Assembly: GCA_021782685.1 (NCBI GenBank)
Contig: JAJXUQ010000002.1
Span: 1 to 30,778, forward strand
Direction: 5' to 3'
From: a bacterium
GTDB taxonomy: Bacteria > Patescibacteriota > Minisyncoccia > Phycocordibacterales > Phycocordibacteraceae
DNA: 30,778 bases
Position numbers and translations under genes: made by a program. The notes under the pieces were generated by a model. It searched no databases and had not been told where the DNA came from. It worked only from the letters and a program-made list of their open reading frames with translations. Positions 16,071 to 24,715 of the stretch are shown here, piece after piece (within the stretch, counting starts at the first letter, position 1; the number at the start of each line of letters is the position of its first letter).

Positions 16071-16132
16071 TCTGAGATTTTAACACAAAACGGCTTGGAG
16101 TTCGTCGGTAGTCATCGTGGTAATCTATCTAA

Positions 16133-16858
16133 ATGAGGGCAAGAAAGATGGCTCCTAAACGATCCGAAGGTGCCAACCTGACTAAGATCATTGCTGGCTT
16201 GAAGCGGCAAATTATAAGTCTTGGCCAACTCCATTATCAGTCGCAAAAAGATACAAACTTCAAGGAGTGGCGGGAACGAACACTCTATCTCTTGAAACTT
16301 GGTTTTGGCGGTGGGAAAGAATACGAGGATGTTGACGATGCGATTGAGAAAATGCCGGAGAAAGATGACACGGAGGGTCGCTACACAGATAACGAGAGGT
16401 ACAAGTACTGGCTTGAGGATGAAGATGGTTCCGATGACGGCGAGGAGGGCAAGTTTAACGAAGATCGTTGGAAAAAAGATTACACCGACGCTAAAAATTG
16501 GATACAGAGACTTTTGAAACTTCGGATCGAGGAACTAGAGCTCCTGACGACGGAGAGTTCGGTGCCCGAGAGACCAAGAGGTAGTAAAAATGTACAGATC
16601 GCCACCCAAGTAGTTGATGTAAAAATAGATCTCTCCACAGAAGTAAACCACTTGGTGGGTTTTGTTCACGAAAACGAGCCGGATCCGAGTAAAGCCAAGG
16701 AGGCAGAGGAAAAAATTAGAGCCCTCGAAAGTGAGTTGAAGCAAAAGTCTTCCCGTTGGAGCGAGGTTAAAGAGCTTTTGATCTGGATCGCTAACTACAG
16801 CAAGGATTTATTTTTGAAGGCATTGCCAATTATTCTGGCGCACTACGGAATAAAATAG
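16133..16858 (+). CDS. Hypothetical island protein with acidic central tract (241 aa)
   Basis: Long ORF; TG-G-TAATCT 6 nt before ATG; AT-rich codons. No family recognised. Confidence 0.75.
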   Translation: MRARKMAPKRSEGANLTKIIAGLKRQIISLGQLHYQSQKDTNFKEWRERTLYLLKLGFGGGKEYEDVDDAIEKMPEKDDTEGRYTDNERYKYWLEDEDGSDDGEEGKFNEDRWKKDYTDAKNWIQRLLKLRIEELELLTTESSVPERPRGSKNVQIATQVVDVKIDLSTEVNHLVGFVHENEPDPSKAKEAEEKIRALESELKQKSSRWSEVKELLIWIANYSKDLFLKALPIILAHYGIK

Positions 16859-16868
16859 TGATCTGCGA

Positions 16869-19229
16869 TTACTTGCCCAGAACATCTTTTAGGCCTTGGT
16901 ACGCCGGGTCAGCTGATAGGCCTTTCTTGATGAAATCGATGTCCAGCTTCCCGTCTTTTACAGGAAGAGCGATCTTTACATCCTTGCGAAGTTTTTGCTC
17001 GTTGCACTTTCGGAAGTATGAAAAGCGCCAACTAGACTGGTTAAACGCTGAACACACAAACAACTTGGCCTCAAGAGAGCTGTACTCAGGCTTCAGTTTG
17101 CATACGAGAATGTCGGCAACCGCTGAAAATTTGTAGGGGTGATAGAACGCTCGGTATTTTGAACCGTTCGCTGGTATCGTTATTAAATCCTCGAAGACTG
17201 TGGCCTTGCCAGGATCAAAGTACCCGCCAATCCCGTTGTTTTCTTCTGTGGTAGTAATCACAGGAACTGAGCCAGGACTCAACTGGTTCAGGGGCGGACA
17301 ATCTCCTCGGAACACATCTTCAATAAGATCTCCCATGTCTACGACCTTGAAATTGCCTTTTGCGAGGGTGAGATGATCTGGCCGCTTTTCTCGTAAGAGA
17401 ACATTGAAAAGATTTGATGCGGTGGTGGATATATCAATTCCACTCTCAACATTATCGTCGAGATACGCTTCTGCGCCGCAGTCCATAGTCGGATCGGTGA
17501 GGCTCACTTCTTTGAAGCCAAGCACCTTAGGCGTTTTCTCAGGCTCCTTATCTAGCAACAGGAATTCTCGCAATCTCTCAAGAATGAGTGGCATGTTCGA
17601 AGGCACATTGTCATTCTGAAGCCGCTTCGACTTCTTCATGGAAAATCCATCATCCATGATCGCCCAAAGAACTTTCTTATTATCGTGAGGTTTCCACGCT
17701 TCTAAAACTACCGCGTAAGTTCCTTTGTGAGCATTCGGTAGGAAGAGGTCGTCGGATAGCTTAATAACTGCCCTGAGCGTATGGCGTTTGAGCAAGTTTG
17801 TGCGCCATGTGATCTCACCGCGTCCATCGTCCGTTGATGACATGGTGGATGCCGGAAGAATAGCGAATAACTGCCCTCCATCAACCATCTGCGCCAACGC
17901 GTGGTCAACGAACTTCCATTCGGGATCAGAGAGCGCAAAGGGCGGGTTCATCAGCGTACGCGAGATAAACCTCTCAGGAGCTTTCCCATCCTTTAGCATT
18001 TTTTCGTACTCTTTCTGTTTGACGCGCTTTGCTTCACCCCCGATCCTGAAGAAATAGTTATCGAAAGTGTTGCCTTCGAAGATGTTGCTGTTGCCGTCTC
18101 CTCGGAAAATCATGTTAACAAGAGCGAGGCCGACAACCTCTGGGTCTTGTTCCATTCCATAAATGTGCGACTTCTTGAAACTATCTATCACCTTAGGGGA
18201 TGTTTTTTTGACGCGATCGAGTGCCGCAACCAAGAAGCCGCCCGTACCACAGGTCGGATCATAAATGTAATCTTTCTCGCTCACGCTCAACGCATCCGCC
18301 GCAAAGCGCGTGATGTGTCGAGGCGTTAAGACGATGCCAATCTCTTTCGCATCATTCGCGTATTTGAGGAAGATCTCATAGAACTGCCCGAGCAAGTCCG
18401 ACCCGCTATTGATAGCGGATTTTATGTTGATACTCCGAAGCTCTTGGATGCAGTCAACGAGTGCTCGTCGGTTTTTCCTATGATTATCGCGCGATGTTGG
18501 GAGACTGATTGCAATTTCTTGCGCGAAGTTCTCCTTTCCGTATTCGCTCAAAAGGGAGCGCACGCGAGAGTTTATATCGTTGATTAGGGTAGTCGGATCA
18601 TCGCTGATAGTCATGTAATCGTCATTCACCAGAGCAAGCAAGAGTGAAGCGATAACGCGAGCACGATTGCGTTTGTTGATTGCGCCATCATGGAGCATCT
18701 GATTTATCGTGTTTGCTTTCTCTATGAAAAGCTCGGCTGAAATCTCTTGATCTCGGACATTCGGATCGTTGCTCTTGATGATTTCCAGGGCTTGCTCGCG
18801 TGTGATGAAGCCCGTAGTGTCGATCCCGTTTATCTGAACACGCTCCCAGGTTTTGCCATTAAAAAAATAGGTCTCAACCAAGAAGGTTGTGTTTTCGTGC
18901 CCGGCCACACCCGTAGCGAATGGACATTTTACGCTTTCTCCCGCGCTAATCTTATCTGCATAGTCGACTTGCGCCTCCCGTACTGCTTTCGCCAACTCTT
19001 TATGTTCGGCCTTAGCTTCGATTGCCCAATAGACACCTTCGGAGACCTTCACCAGATTTTCCGGCTTCCCGCCGTCAAGTAATGGCTTAAGAACTCGATC
19101 ATGGAGCGCTTCGTTTTGCGTGAAGACCTGACCATCCGCATGTTTAAGCGGACTCCTGATGTCCCACCCAAGATCCTCTAGGGACTTTAGGATGAACGGA
19201 TAGGCGCGGAACTCTGAATTTTTGGACAC
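16869..19229 (-). CDS. Single-chain restriction-modification enzyme: nuclease, N6-adenine methyltransferase and one target-recognition domain (BcgI-alpha-like/Type IIG, 786 aa)
   Basis: PE..IEAK..EAQVDY nuclease motif, LTPRHI, YDPTCGTGGFL (motif I), MNPPF (motif IV), C-terminal HsdS-like VPVITTTEENNG. Start set at GTG 19229, 6 nt after TACAAT. Confidence 0.88.
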   Translation of the reverse strand: MSKNSEFRAYPFILKSLEDLGWDIRSPLKHADGQVFTQNEALHDRVLKPLLDGGKPENLVKVSEGVYWAIEAKAEHKELAKAVREAQVDYADKISAGESVKCPFATGVAGHENTTFLVETYFFNGKTWERVQINGIDTTGFITREQALEIIKSNDPNVRDQEISAELFIEKANTINQMLHDGAINKRNRARVIASLLLALVNDDYMTISDDPTTLINDINSRVRSLLSEYGKENFAQEIAISLPTSRDNHRKNRRALVDCIQELRSINIKSAINSGSDLLGQFYEIFLKYANDAKEIGIVLTPRHITRFAADALSVSEKDYIYDPTCGTGGFLVAALDRVKKTSPKVIDSFKKSHIYGMEQDPEVVGLALVNMIFRGDGNSNIFEGNTFDNYFFRIGGEAKRVKQKEYEKMLKDGKAPERFISRTLMNPPFALSDPEWKFVDHALAQMVDGGQLFAILPASTMSSTDDGRGEITWRTNLLKRHTLRAVIKLSDDLFLPNAHKGTYAVVLEAWKPHDNKKVLWAIMDDGFSMKKSKRLQNDNVPSNMPLILERLREFLLLDKEPEKTPKVLGFKEVSLTDPTMDCGAEAYLDDNVESGIDISTTASNLFNVLLREKRPDHLTLAKGNFKVVDMGDLIEDVFRGDCPPLNQLSPGSVPVITTTEENNGIGGYFDPGKATVFEDLITIPANGSKYRAFYHPYKFSAVADILVCKLKPEYSSLEAKLFVCSAFNQSSWRFSYFRKCNEQKLRKDVKIALPVKDGKLDIDFIKKGLSADPAYQGLKDVLGK

Positions 19230-19343
19230 ATACAAATTGTACCTGGACTTCCCGGAAAAGGACAGGACTCCCTTTGGAATAACCCGTGTTCTATTAGGAG
19301 TGGGGTAATGAGATCTTCTCCCGACCGCCAGAATAGCCATGCT

Positions 19344-19450
19344 CTACGAAGCCATTTCGGGCTCAACCTCATCAAGCCCAAGTAAGTCAGACATAGATTG
19401 CCAGTCGAGCACCATTCTTTCCATAGTGTTCCATTCCAGGTACTCTATGT
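19344..19450 (-). other. Detached 3' end of the recombinase gene (35 codons plus TAG), in frame only in the excised circle
   Basis: Reads NIEYLEWNTMERMVLDWQSMSDLLGLDEVEPEMAS* when fused through TCACAA to ..HGHFV of 12992-14698. Confidence 0.7.
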
Positions 19451-20149
19451 TCACAACCTCCCTCCGTCTCTTTCAATCGACTCGATCTTGCCGTCTTCGA
19501 GGCGGATGACGCGGTCGACGTAGCGGCGATCGTCGGGCTCGTGCGTAACCATCACGATCGTCTGCCCCATATCAGTCTGAAGCTTCTTGAAGAGGTCGAG
19601 AACGACCTTGGCCGAGGCCGTGTCGAGGTTGGCGGCAGGCTCGTCGGCAAAGAGGATATCGGGCTCGTTGATGAGCGCCCGCGCGATCGCGACGCGCTGC
19701 TGTTCGCCGCCCGAGAGCTCATCCGGATAATGGCGGAGCTGGTCGCCGAGGCCGACGATCTCGAGAAGCTCGGTAGCGCGCTTCTCATAGGCGGCCGAGG
19801 CGGTGCCGAACGCCATCGCCGGAAGTATCACGTTCTCTATCGCCGAGAGTTCTACGATGAGCGCGTACTCCTGGAAGATGTACCCGAGATGCTCGAGGCG
19901 GTACTCGGTCTTCGCCGCGTCCGAGAGCGCGAGGACGTCGTCGCCCTGGATGCGGAGACTCCCTCCCGTGGGCGTATCGAGGAGCGAGAGCTGATGGAGG
20001 AGAGTCGACTTCCCCGACCCGCTCCTGCCCATAATGGCGACGAACTCCCCACGCTCGACAGCAAAGGAGACGCCGCGGAGAGCGCGCGTGGGCACTTCGC
20101 CCGGATAGGTGCGTTCGAGATCCTTCACGACGAGCATAGGTTCAGACAT
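19451..20149 (-). CDS. ABC transporter ATP-binding protein, LolD/MacB type
   Basis: GRSGSGKS Walker A, LSGGEQQRVAIARAL, ILFADEP, MVTHE. Confidence 0.95.
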   Translation of the reverse strand: MSEPMLVVKDLERTYPGEVPTRALRGVSFAVERGEFVAIMGRSGSGKSTLLHQLSLLDTPTGGSLRIQGDDVLALSDAAKTEYRLEHLGYIFQEYALIVELSAIENVILPAMAFGTASAAYEKRATELLEIVGLGDQLRHYPDELSGGEQQRVAIARALINEPDILFADEPAANLDTASAKVVLDLFKKLQTDMGQTIVMVTHEPDDRRYVDRVIRLEDGKIESIERDGGRL

Positions 20150-20158
20150 ATCTCATTA

Positions 20159-21382
20159 TCACCCCCATATGGCTTTGAGGATCTTCTCTCGGGCGACGAG
20201 CCGCGCGGGGACCACTCCCGCAAGGAAACCGGCAATAAAGAAGCCGGTGACGCTTTCAGCCAAGAGCTTCCCGCTGAAGGAAAACTGCATGGGGCCGAAG
20301 GGCAGCATGATGGGATGCCGGGTGAGGATCGGCAGGAGGATGCCGAAGATGAAGATAAGCCCCGTACCGACGCCGCAGGCGACATAGAAGAGCGACTGGA
20401 AGACATAGGAATAGACGATAACGCCCTCTTTGATCCCGATCGCCTTCAGGATCCCGATCTGCCGGCGTTTGCTCACGGCGTTTATGTAAATCATGACGAA
20501 GATGGTCACTGCCGCGACCGCGACCGAGATGACGCTCACGATGAGCGCGATGAGCGTGAAAGCATCCAGGGCGGATTGGATCACGGCGAGGAGTTCGGGA
20601 TACGCTTGCACCTTGAGCGAAGGATAGAGCGCCTCTATGCGCGCCTTGTAGTAACTGAGCGGATGAAGATTCTCGTCGACCTTCACGAGAATCTCGGAAG
20701 CCTGGTTGGAAGTGGAGAGGACCGACTTGGCCTCGCGCGCGGTGATATAGGTGTTGGTAAGCGCGGTGCCGAAGGTGATGTTCACGATCCCCTTCACCGT
20801 GTATTGACGCGAGACGCCGTTGCCGTAGACCACGGTCACCTTGTCACCGACCTTAGCACCTCCGAGGTCAGTAGGTACGGGGAGCCCGTAGCCGCCCGCA
20901 AGCGCGGCCGGCAGGAGGATTTGATCCGTATCCTCCGGCGTAAGGAACTGTCCGGCAACAAGATACCGCTTGAGCGAGAGCGCATCGTCGACTTCCGCGG
21001 GGTCGATGCCGATGATCTGCGCGGAGACGCGCTTGTAGACGCCATTCTTCTCGGGGTCGTAGGAGATCGATCCGGCAGTGAGATAAATGCGCGTGGTGCC
21101 GAGGACACCCGGGATCGTCCCGATCTCCGCGCGCGTCTGCCGCTCGTCGCTTATGAACTGCTTCGGCACCGGAAACTGTTCGGGCGAGACGACGATGCTT
21201 GAGGTGGTCGTCTTGGTGAGGAGGCCGGTGATGGTCGCGAGCAGGCCGGAGAAGACGCTCGGCACAAACATCATGTTGAAAAACGAGAGCGAGAGGATGA
21301 GGAGCATGAGAGCGAGCGTGCCGCGCCGCCCGCGCTTGATCGACTTGTACGCGATGAAGAATGCAGTGCGGAGCCCGTTCAT
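20159..21382 (-). CDS. FtsX/MacB-like ABC permease
   Basis: N-terminal TM, large extracytoplasmic domain, KRRQIGILKAIG, three C-terminal TMs. Confidence 0.9.
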   Translation of the reverse strand: MNGLRTAFFIAYKSIKRGRRGTLALMLLILSLSFFNMMFVPSVFSGLLATITGLLTKTTTSSIVVSPEQFPVPKQFISDERQTRAEIGTIPGVLGTTRIYLTAGSISYDPEKNGVYKRVSAQIIGIDPAEVDDALSLKRYLVAGQFLTPEDTDQILLPAALAGGYGLPVPTDLGGAKVGDKVTVVYGNGVSRQYTVKGIVNITFGTALTNTYITAREAKSVLSTSNQASEILVKVDENLHPLSYYKARIEALYPSLKVQAYPELLAVIQSALDAFTLIALIVSVISVAVAAVTIFVMIYINAVSKRRQIGILKAIGIKEGVIVYSYVFQSLFYVACGVGTGLIFIFGILLPILTRHPIMLPFGPMQFSFSGKLLAESVTGFFIAGFLAGVVPARLVAREKILKAIWG

Positions 21383-22905
21383 GATCCGGTCACGACCTTC
21401 TCCCCTGCAGAGAGTCCGGAGAGGATCTCGGCCATGCCGTCCTGGCTTTTGATGCCGACGGTAACTGCGCGCGTGACCGGCACGCCGTTCTCGAGCACCA
21501 TGACGGTCGTCGACGTCCCTGTAGAGGCGAGCGCACTCACCGGGACTATAAGCGCGCTAGATGAAGAGGCGGTCTCGATCCACGCGTTCGCCGTCATTCC
21601 TGCGCGGATGTCCGGGTAATCTTTGGCGAAAAAGATCGTGGTCTGATAGTAGACCGCGCCGCCCACGATGGTCGCGGCCGGATCGATCTCGCTGACGGTG
21701 CCGTTAAAGACAGTGCCGGCGGGAAAAGCGTCGAGCTCGATTGTGGCTGGATCGCCCACCGCAACCTCGACCACGTTATCCTCGGAAACATTCACTTTGA
21801 CCTCGAGCTTGGCATCAGGCATGAGCGAGACAACGGCAGTATTCGGGCCTACAACCTCGCCGACGGTACCGTTCGTATCGGTAATCGTGCCAGAGGCGGG
21901 TGCAATGATCTCGAGATCACGAATCTGTGCCGCGATAGCATCTGCGTTCGCTTGGGCTGCCGCGACCGCTGCCGTCTGTGCGTCGATGCTCGTCTGGGTC
22001 GAGCTGGCGGTAGTGAGATTAAGCGAGGCATTAGCCGAAGCGACGGAAGTCTCGGCGAGCGCGATCGAGTGCTCAAGCGCCTGTACTTCGGCGAGCGCAG
22101 CATTCACCTCCGAGAGACCGGTCGCGGCGCTCGCGCGATAGGCGGTAGCATCGGTAGTCGAGAGGCTGACGCTCTTTCCCGCCGCGCTTACCGCATCGGT
22201 GAGAAGCGCTTGGAGATTGCTTATGCTGTTGTCCGCGCTCGCGAGCGCGGCGTCGAGAACAGCGGGCGTCGCGGTTGCAGCGGGAATCCGCGCGAGCGCC
22301 GCGAGAGTCTCGTTCGCCGCCGCGCGCTCGGCGACGATCCGATTCTTGAGCGCAAAGTCGCCAAGATCGAAGGTGAGCACGGGATTGTTCGTGTTTCCGT
22401 TCGTGAAGAAGCGCGCGAGCTGGTTCACCACCGCGTCATTCGCTTTTGCTGAAGCGTCGGCGAGTGTTGAACCCACGGTGGCGTAGGCATTCGCGAGCGA
22501 TTGCTCGGCCGAGGCGAGCGCAGCCTGGGAGACGGCGATGGTTTGCGGTGTCGCGCCGCCCTCGAGCGTCCCGAGCGCCGCCTGCGCGGCAGAGACATTC
22601 GCGCGCGCCTGCGTATACTGCGCCTCGAGCACGCTCGCGTCCTGTTTGGCGAGGACCGCGCCGGCAGCGACATGCTGCCCCACCGAGACAGTGAGCGCGA
22701 CAATCTTGCCGCTCGCCTTGAAGGCGAGATCTGCCGTGGTCGGCGACTCAACGTTTCCGCTTGCGAACGCTTCTTCGACAATCGGCGCGCGCACGACTGC
22801 GGCGGTGGTATAGCTCGCGCGCGGCCAAGAGATGTACGCAACGGCCGCGATCGTGCCCACGACGATCGCAGCTAAGACCACGACACGCCGGGACACGGTT
22901 TCCAT
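21379..22905 (-). CDS. MacA/HlyD-like efflux adaptor subunit with long helical region (508 aa)
   Basis: ADLAFKASGKI..VSVGQHV and IIAPASGTI lipoyl halves, VNVSEDNV, VTVGI..AEILSGLSAGEKV. Start ATG 22905. Confidence 0.88.
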   Translation of the reverse strand: METVSRRVVVLAAIVVGTIAAVAYISWPRASYTTAAVVRAPIVEEAFASGNVESPTTADLAFKASGKIVALTVSVGQHVAAGAVLAKQDASVLEAQYTQARANVSAAQAALGTLEGGATPQTIAVSQAALASAEQSLANAYATVGSTLADASAKANDAVVNQLARFFTNGNTNNPVLTFDLGDFALKNRIVAERAAANETLAALARIPAATATPAVLDAALASADNSISNLQALLTDAVSAAGKSVSLSTTDATAYRASAATGLSEVNAALAEVQALEHSIALAETSVASANASLNLTTASSTQTSIDAQTAAVAAAQANADAIAAQIRDLEIIAPASGTITDTNGTVGEVVGPNTAVVSLMPDAKLEVKVNVSEDNVVEVAVGDPATIELDAFPAGTVFNGTVSEIDPAATIVGGAVYYQTTIFFAKDYPDIRAGMTANAWIETASSSSALIVPVSALASTGTSTTVMVLENGVPVTRAVTVGIKSQDGMAEILSGLSAGEKVVTGS

Positions 22906-23004
22906 ACACTTAGTATACACTGCGTGCCGCCAAAATCCGGTGTACATGCGGGCAAACGGCGCTCTTTCCGCATAGTACCGCTCATGGTATAGTCCTTCTA
23001 TCTC

Positions 23005-23077
23005 GCGCGGTTAGCTCAGTTGGTAGAGCGCTACATTGACGTTGTAGATGTCGGGGGTTCGAATCCCTCACCGCGCA
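23005..23077 (+). tRNA. tRNA-Val(GAC), CCA not encoded
   Basis: GCGCGGT/ACCGCGC acceptor, CTACA-TTGACGT-TGTAG anticodon arm, TTCGAAT T loop; TG-G-TATAGT promoter at 22985-22993. Confidence 0.95.
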
Positions 23078-23078
23078 C

Positions 23079-23846
23079 ATGAGGCCTCATAAGAAGACCG
23101 GGTCGAGAGAGAAAATCTACATATACGGCAAGCATGCACTCACCGAGGTGCTCACGACCGCGCCGAAGGTGGTACGCAAAGTTTTCCTCTCGCCGGATGT
23201 ACGCGACCGCGCGCTTCGCGACCTCTTGGCGAAGCATTCCGTTACCGTAGCGCCGCTCGCACAGGGTCGTGGCGCGGAGCTCGTCGGCCGCGATGCGGTG
23301 CATCAGGGTGTGATCGCGAGCATGAACCCATCTGCCCTCCTCCTACCGCTTAGCGACTTCCTCGCAAAGCTCGACATGGGTAAGAAACCAGCTATCGTAC
23401 TACTTGGCGAGGTGCAGGACCCGCACAATGTCGGCGCCATCATCCGCTCGGCCGCTGCCTTCGGCCTCTCGGGAGTCCTCATCCCCGAGCGCCACACGGC
23501 GGGCATCACGGGTACGGTGGTGAAGACTTCTGCCGGTATGGCCTTTCGCATCCCGCTCGTCTCAATCGGCAACGTAAACGCGACCGTGGTCGAGCTAAAG
23601 AAGAAAGGCTTTTGGATCTACGGCCTCGCCATGGATGGAACGACGGCGCTCGGTTCAGAAGCTTTCGACGCGCCCGCCGCCTTCATCGTGGGCAACGAGG
23701 GCGCCGGCATACGGGAAAAGACGCTCGGCGCATGCGATGTCACGCTCTCTATCCCCATGCACGCGCGCACCGAGTCGCTGAACGCCGCCGTCTCCGCTGC
23801 GGTCGTCTTTTACGAATGGTCGAAGAAACATCCGGAAGCGCTATGA
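23079..23846 (+). CDS. rlmB: SpoU/TrmH family RNA 2'-O-methyltransferase, RlmB-like
   Basis: HQGV, VQDPHNVGAIIRSA, IVGNEGAGI, ESLNAAVS. Confidence 0.88.
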   Translation: MRPHKKTGSREKIYIYGKHALTEVLTTAPKVVRKVFLSPDVRDRALRDLLAKHSVTVAPLAQGRGAELVGRDAVHQGVIASMNPSALLLPLSDFLAKLDMGKKPAIVLLGEVQDPHNVGAIIRSAAAFGLSGVLIPERHTAGITGTVVKTSAGMAFRIPLVSIGNVNATVVELKKKGFWIYGLAMDGTTALGSEAFDAPAAFIVGNEGAGIREKTLGACDVTLSIPMHARTESLNAAVSAAVVFYEWSKKHPEAL

Positions 23847-24706
23847 CGCACGACCGGCACCTCACGGCGCTTCCTTGGCCGGACTACGAGCTCCTCGATT
23901 CCGGCGACAACATGAAGCTCGAGCGCTTCGGCAATGTCGTCGTCGCGCGGCCCGAGACGCAGGCATTGTGGCGGAAACGGCGCCCCGAGCTCTGGGAGAA
24001 GGCGGACGCCGTATTCGCATTCCGCGACAAGAAAGGCGCATGGGACGTGCGCAAGGGCGTGCTGGAGGCATGGGAACTCTCATGGGGGCCGACGCGCTTC
24101 CTCGCCCGCCTCACGAACTTCAAGCATACGGGCGTCTTCCCCGAGCAGGAACCGAACTGGCTCTGGTTGCAGCAGCGCATCGCCGCGCTCGAAGGACCGA
24201 AAGTACTGAACCTCTTCGGCTACACCGGCATCGCGTCCCTCGCCGCCGCGCACGCGGGCGCGCTTGTCACGCACGTGGATGCCTCGAAACAATCGCTCGA
24301 CTGGGCGCACGAGAACGCGCGGCTCTCGGACATCCCGGAAGACAGGATCCGCTGGATACTCGACGATGCGCTCGCTTTTGCGAAACGCGAGGCGCGGCGG
24401 GGCGCTTCGTATGACGGCATCGTCCTCGATCCGCCCGCCTTCGGGCGCGGCGCCAAAGGCGAGGTGTGGCGGATCGAGGAAGACCTTCCGGCGCTCCTTG
24501 CAACGCTCAAAGAGATTCTCTCGGACACGCCCGGCTCGTTCTTCCTGATAAACGGCTACGCCGCAGGGTACGCCCCCTATTCTTTCGCGCAGGCGGTCGA
24601 GAGCACGTTCGGCGAGACCGGCGGCGAATGCGGAGAACTCCATATAAAAGAATCTTCATCTGAGCGCGTTATCCCCGCTGGCATTTATGTGCGCTTCGTG
24701 CGGTAG
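23843..24706 (+). CDS. Class I SAM-dependent methyltransferase, RlmI/RlmK-like (287 aa)
   Basis: YELLDSG..KLERFG, HTGVFPEQ, VLNLFGYTG, HVDASK, IVLDPPAFG. ATGA overlap with the upstream stop. Confidence 0.85.
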   Translation: MTHDRHLTALPWPDYELLDSGDNMKLERFGNVVVARPETQALWRKRRPELWEKADAVFAFRDKKGAWDVRKGVLEAWELSWGPTRFLARLTNFKHTGVFPEQEPNWLWLQQRIAALEGPKVLNLFGYTGIASLAAAHAGALVTHVDASKQSLDWAHENARLSDIPEDRIRWILDDALAFAKREARRGASYDGIVLDPPAFGRGAKGEVWRIEEDLPALLATLKEILSDTPGSFFLINGYAAGYAPYSFAQAVESTFGETGGECGELHIKESSSERVIPAGIYVRFVR

Positions 24707-24715
24707 ACTGTCTTT

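Larger units (their letters stand above)
13027..19456. mobile_element. 6.4-kb serine-recombinase integrative element at the tRNA-Glu 3' end, carrying an R-M enzyme
   Basis: TCACAA at 13027-13032 and 19451-19456; recombinase abuts the left core; visibly more AT-rich than flanks; joining the cores restores the recombinase frame. Confidence 0.8.

Noticed and set aside
16027-16086. N-terminal part of the 69-aa ORF 15877-16086
   Set aside because: Its TTG start lies upstream of the predicted -10 box. Only the ATG 16026 portion is kept as a candidate uORF.
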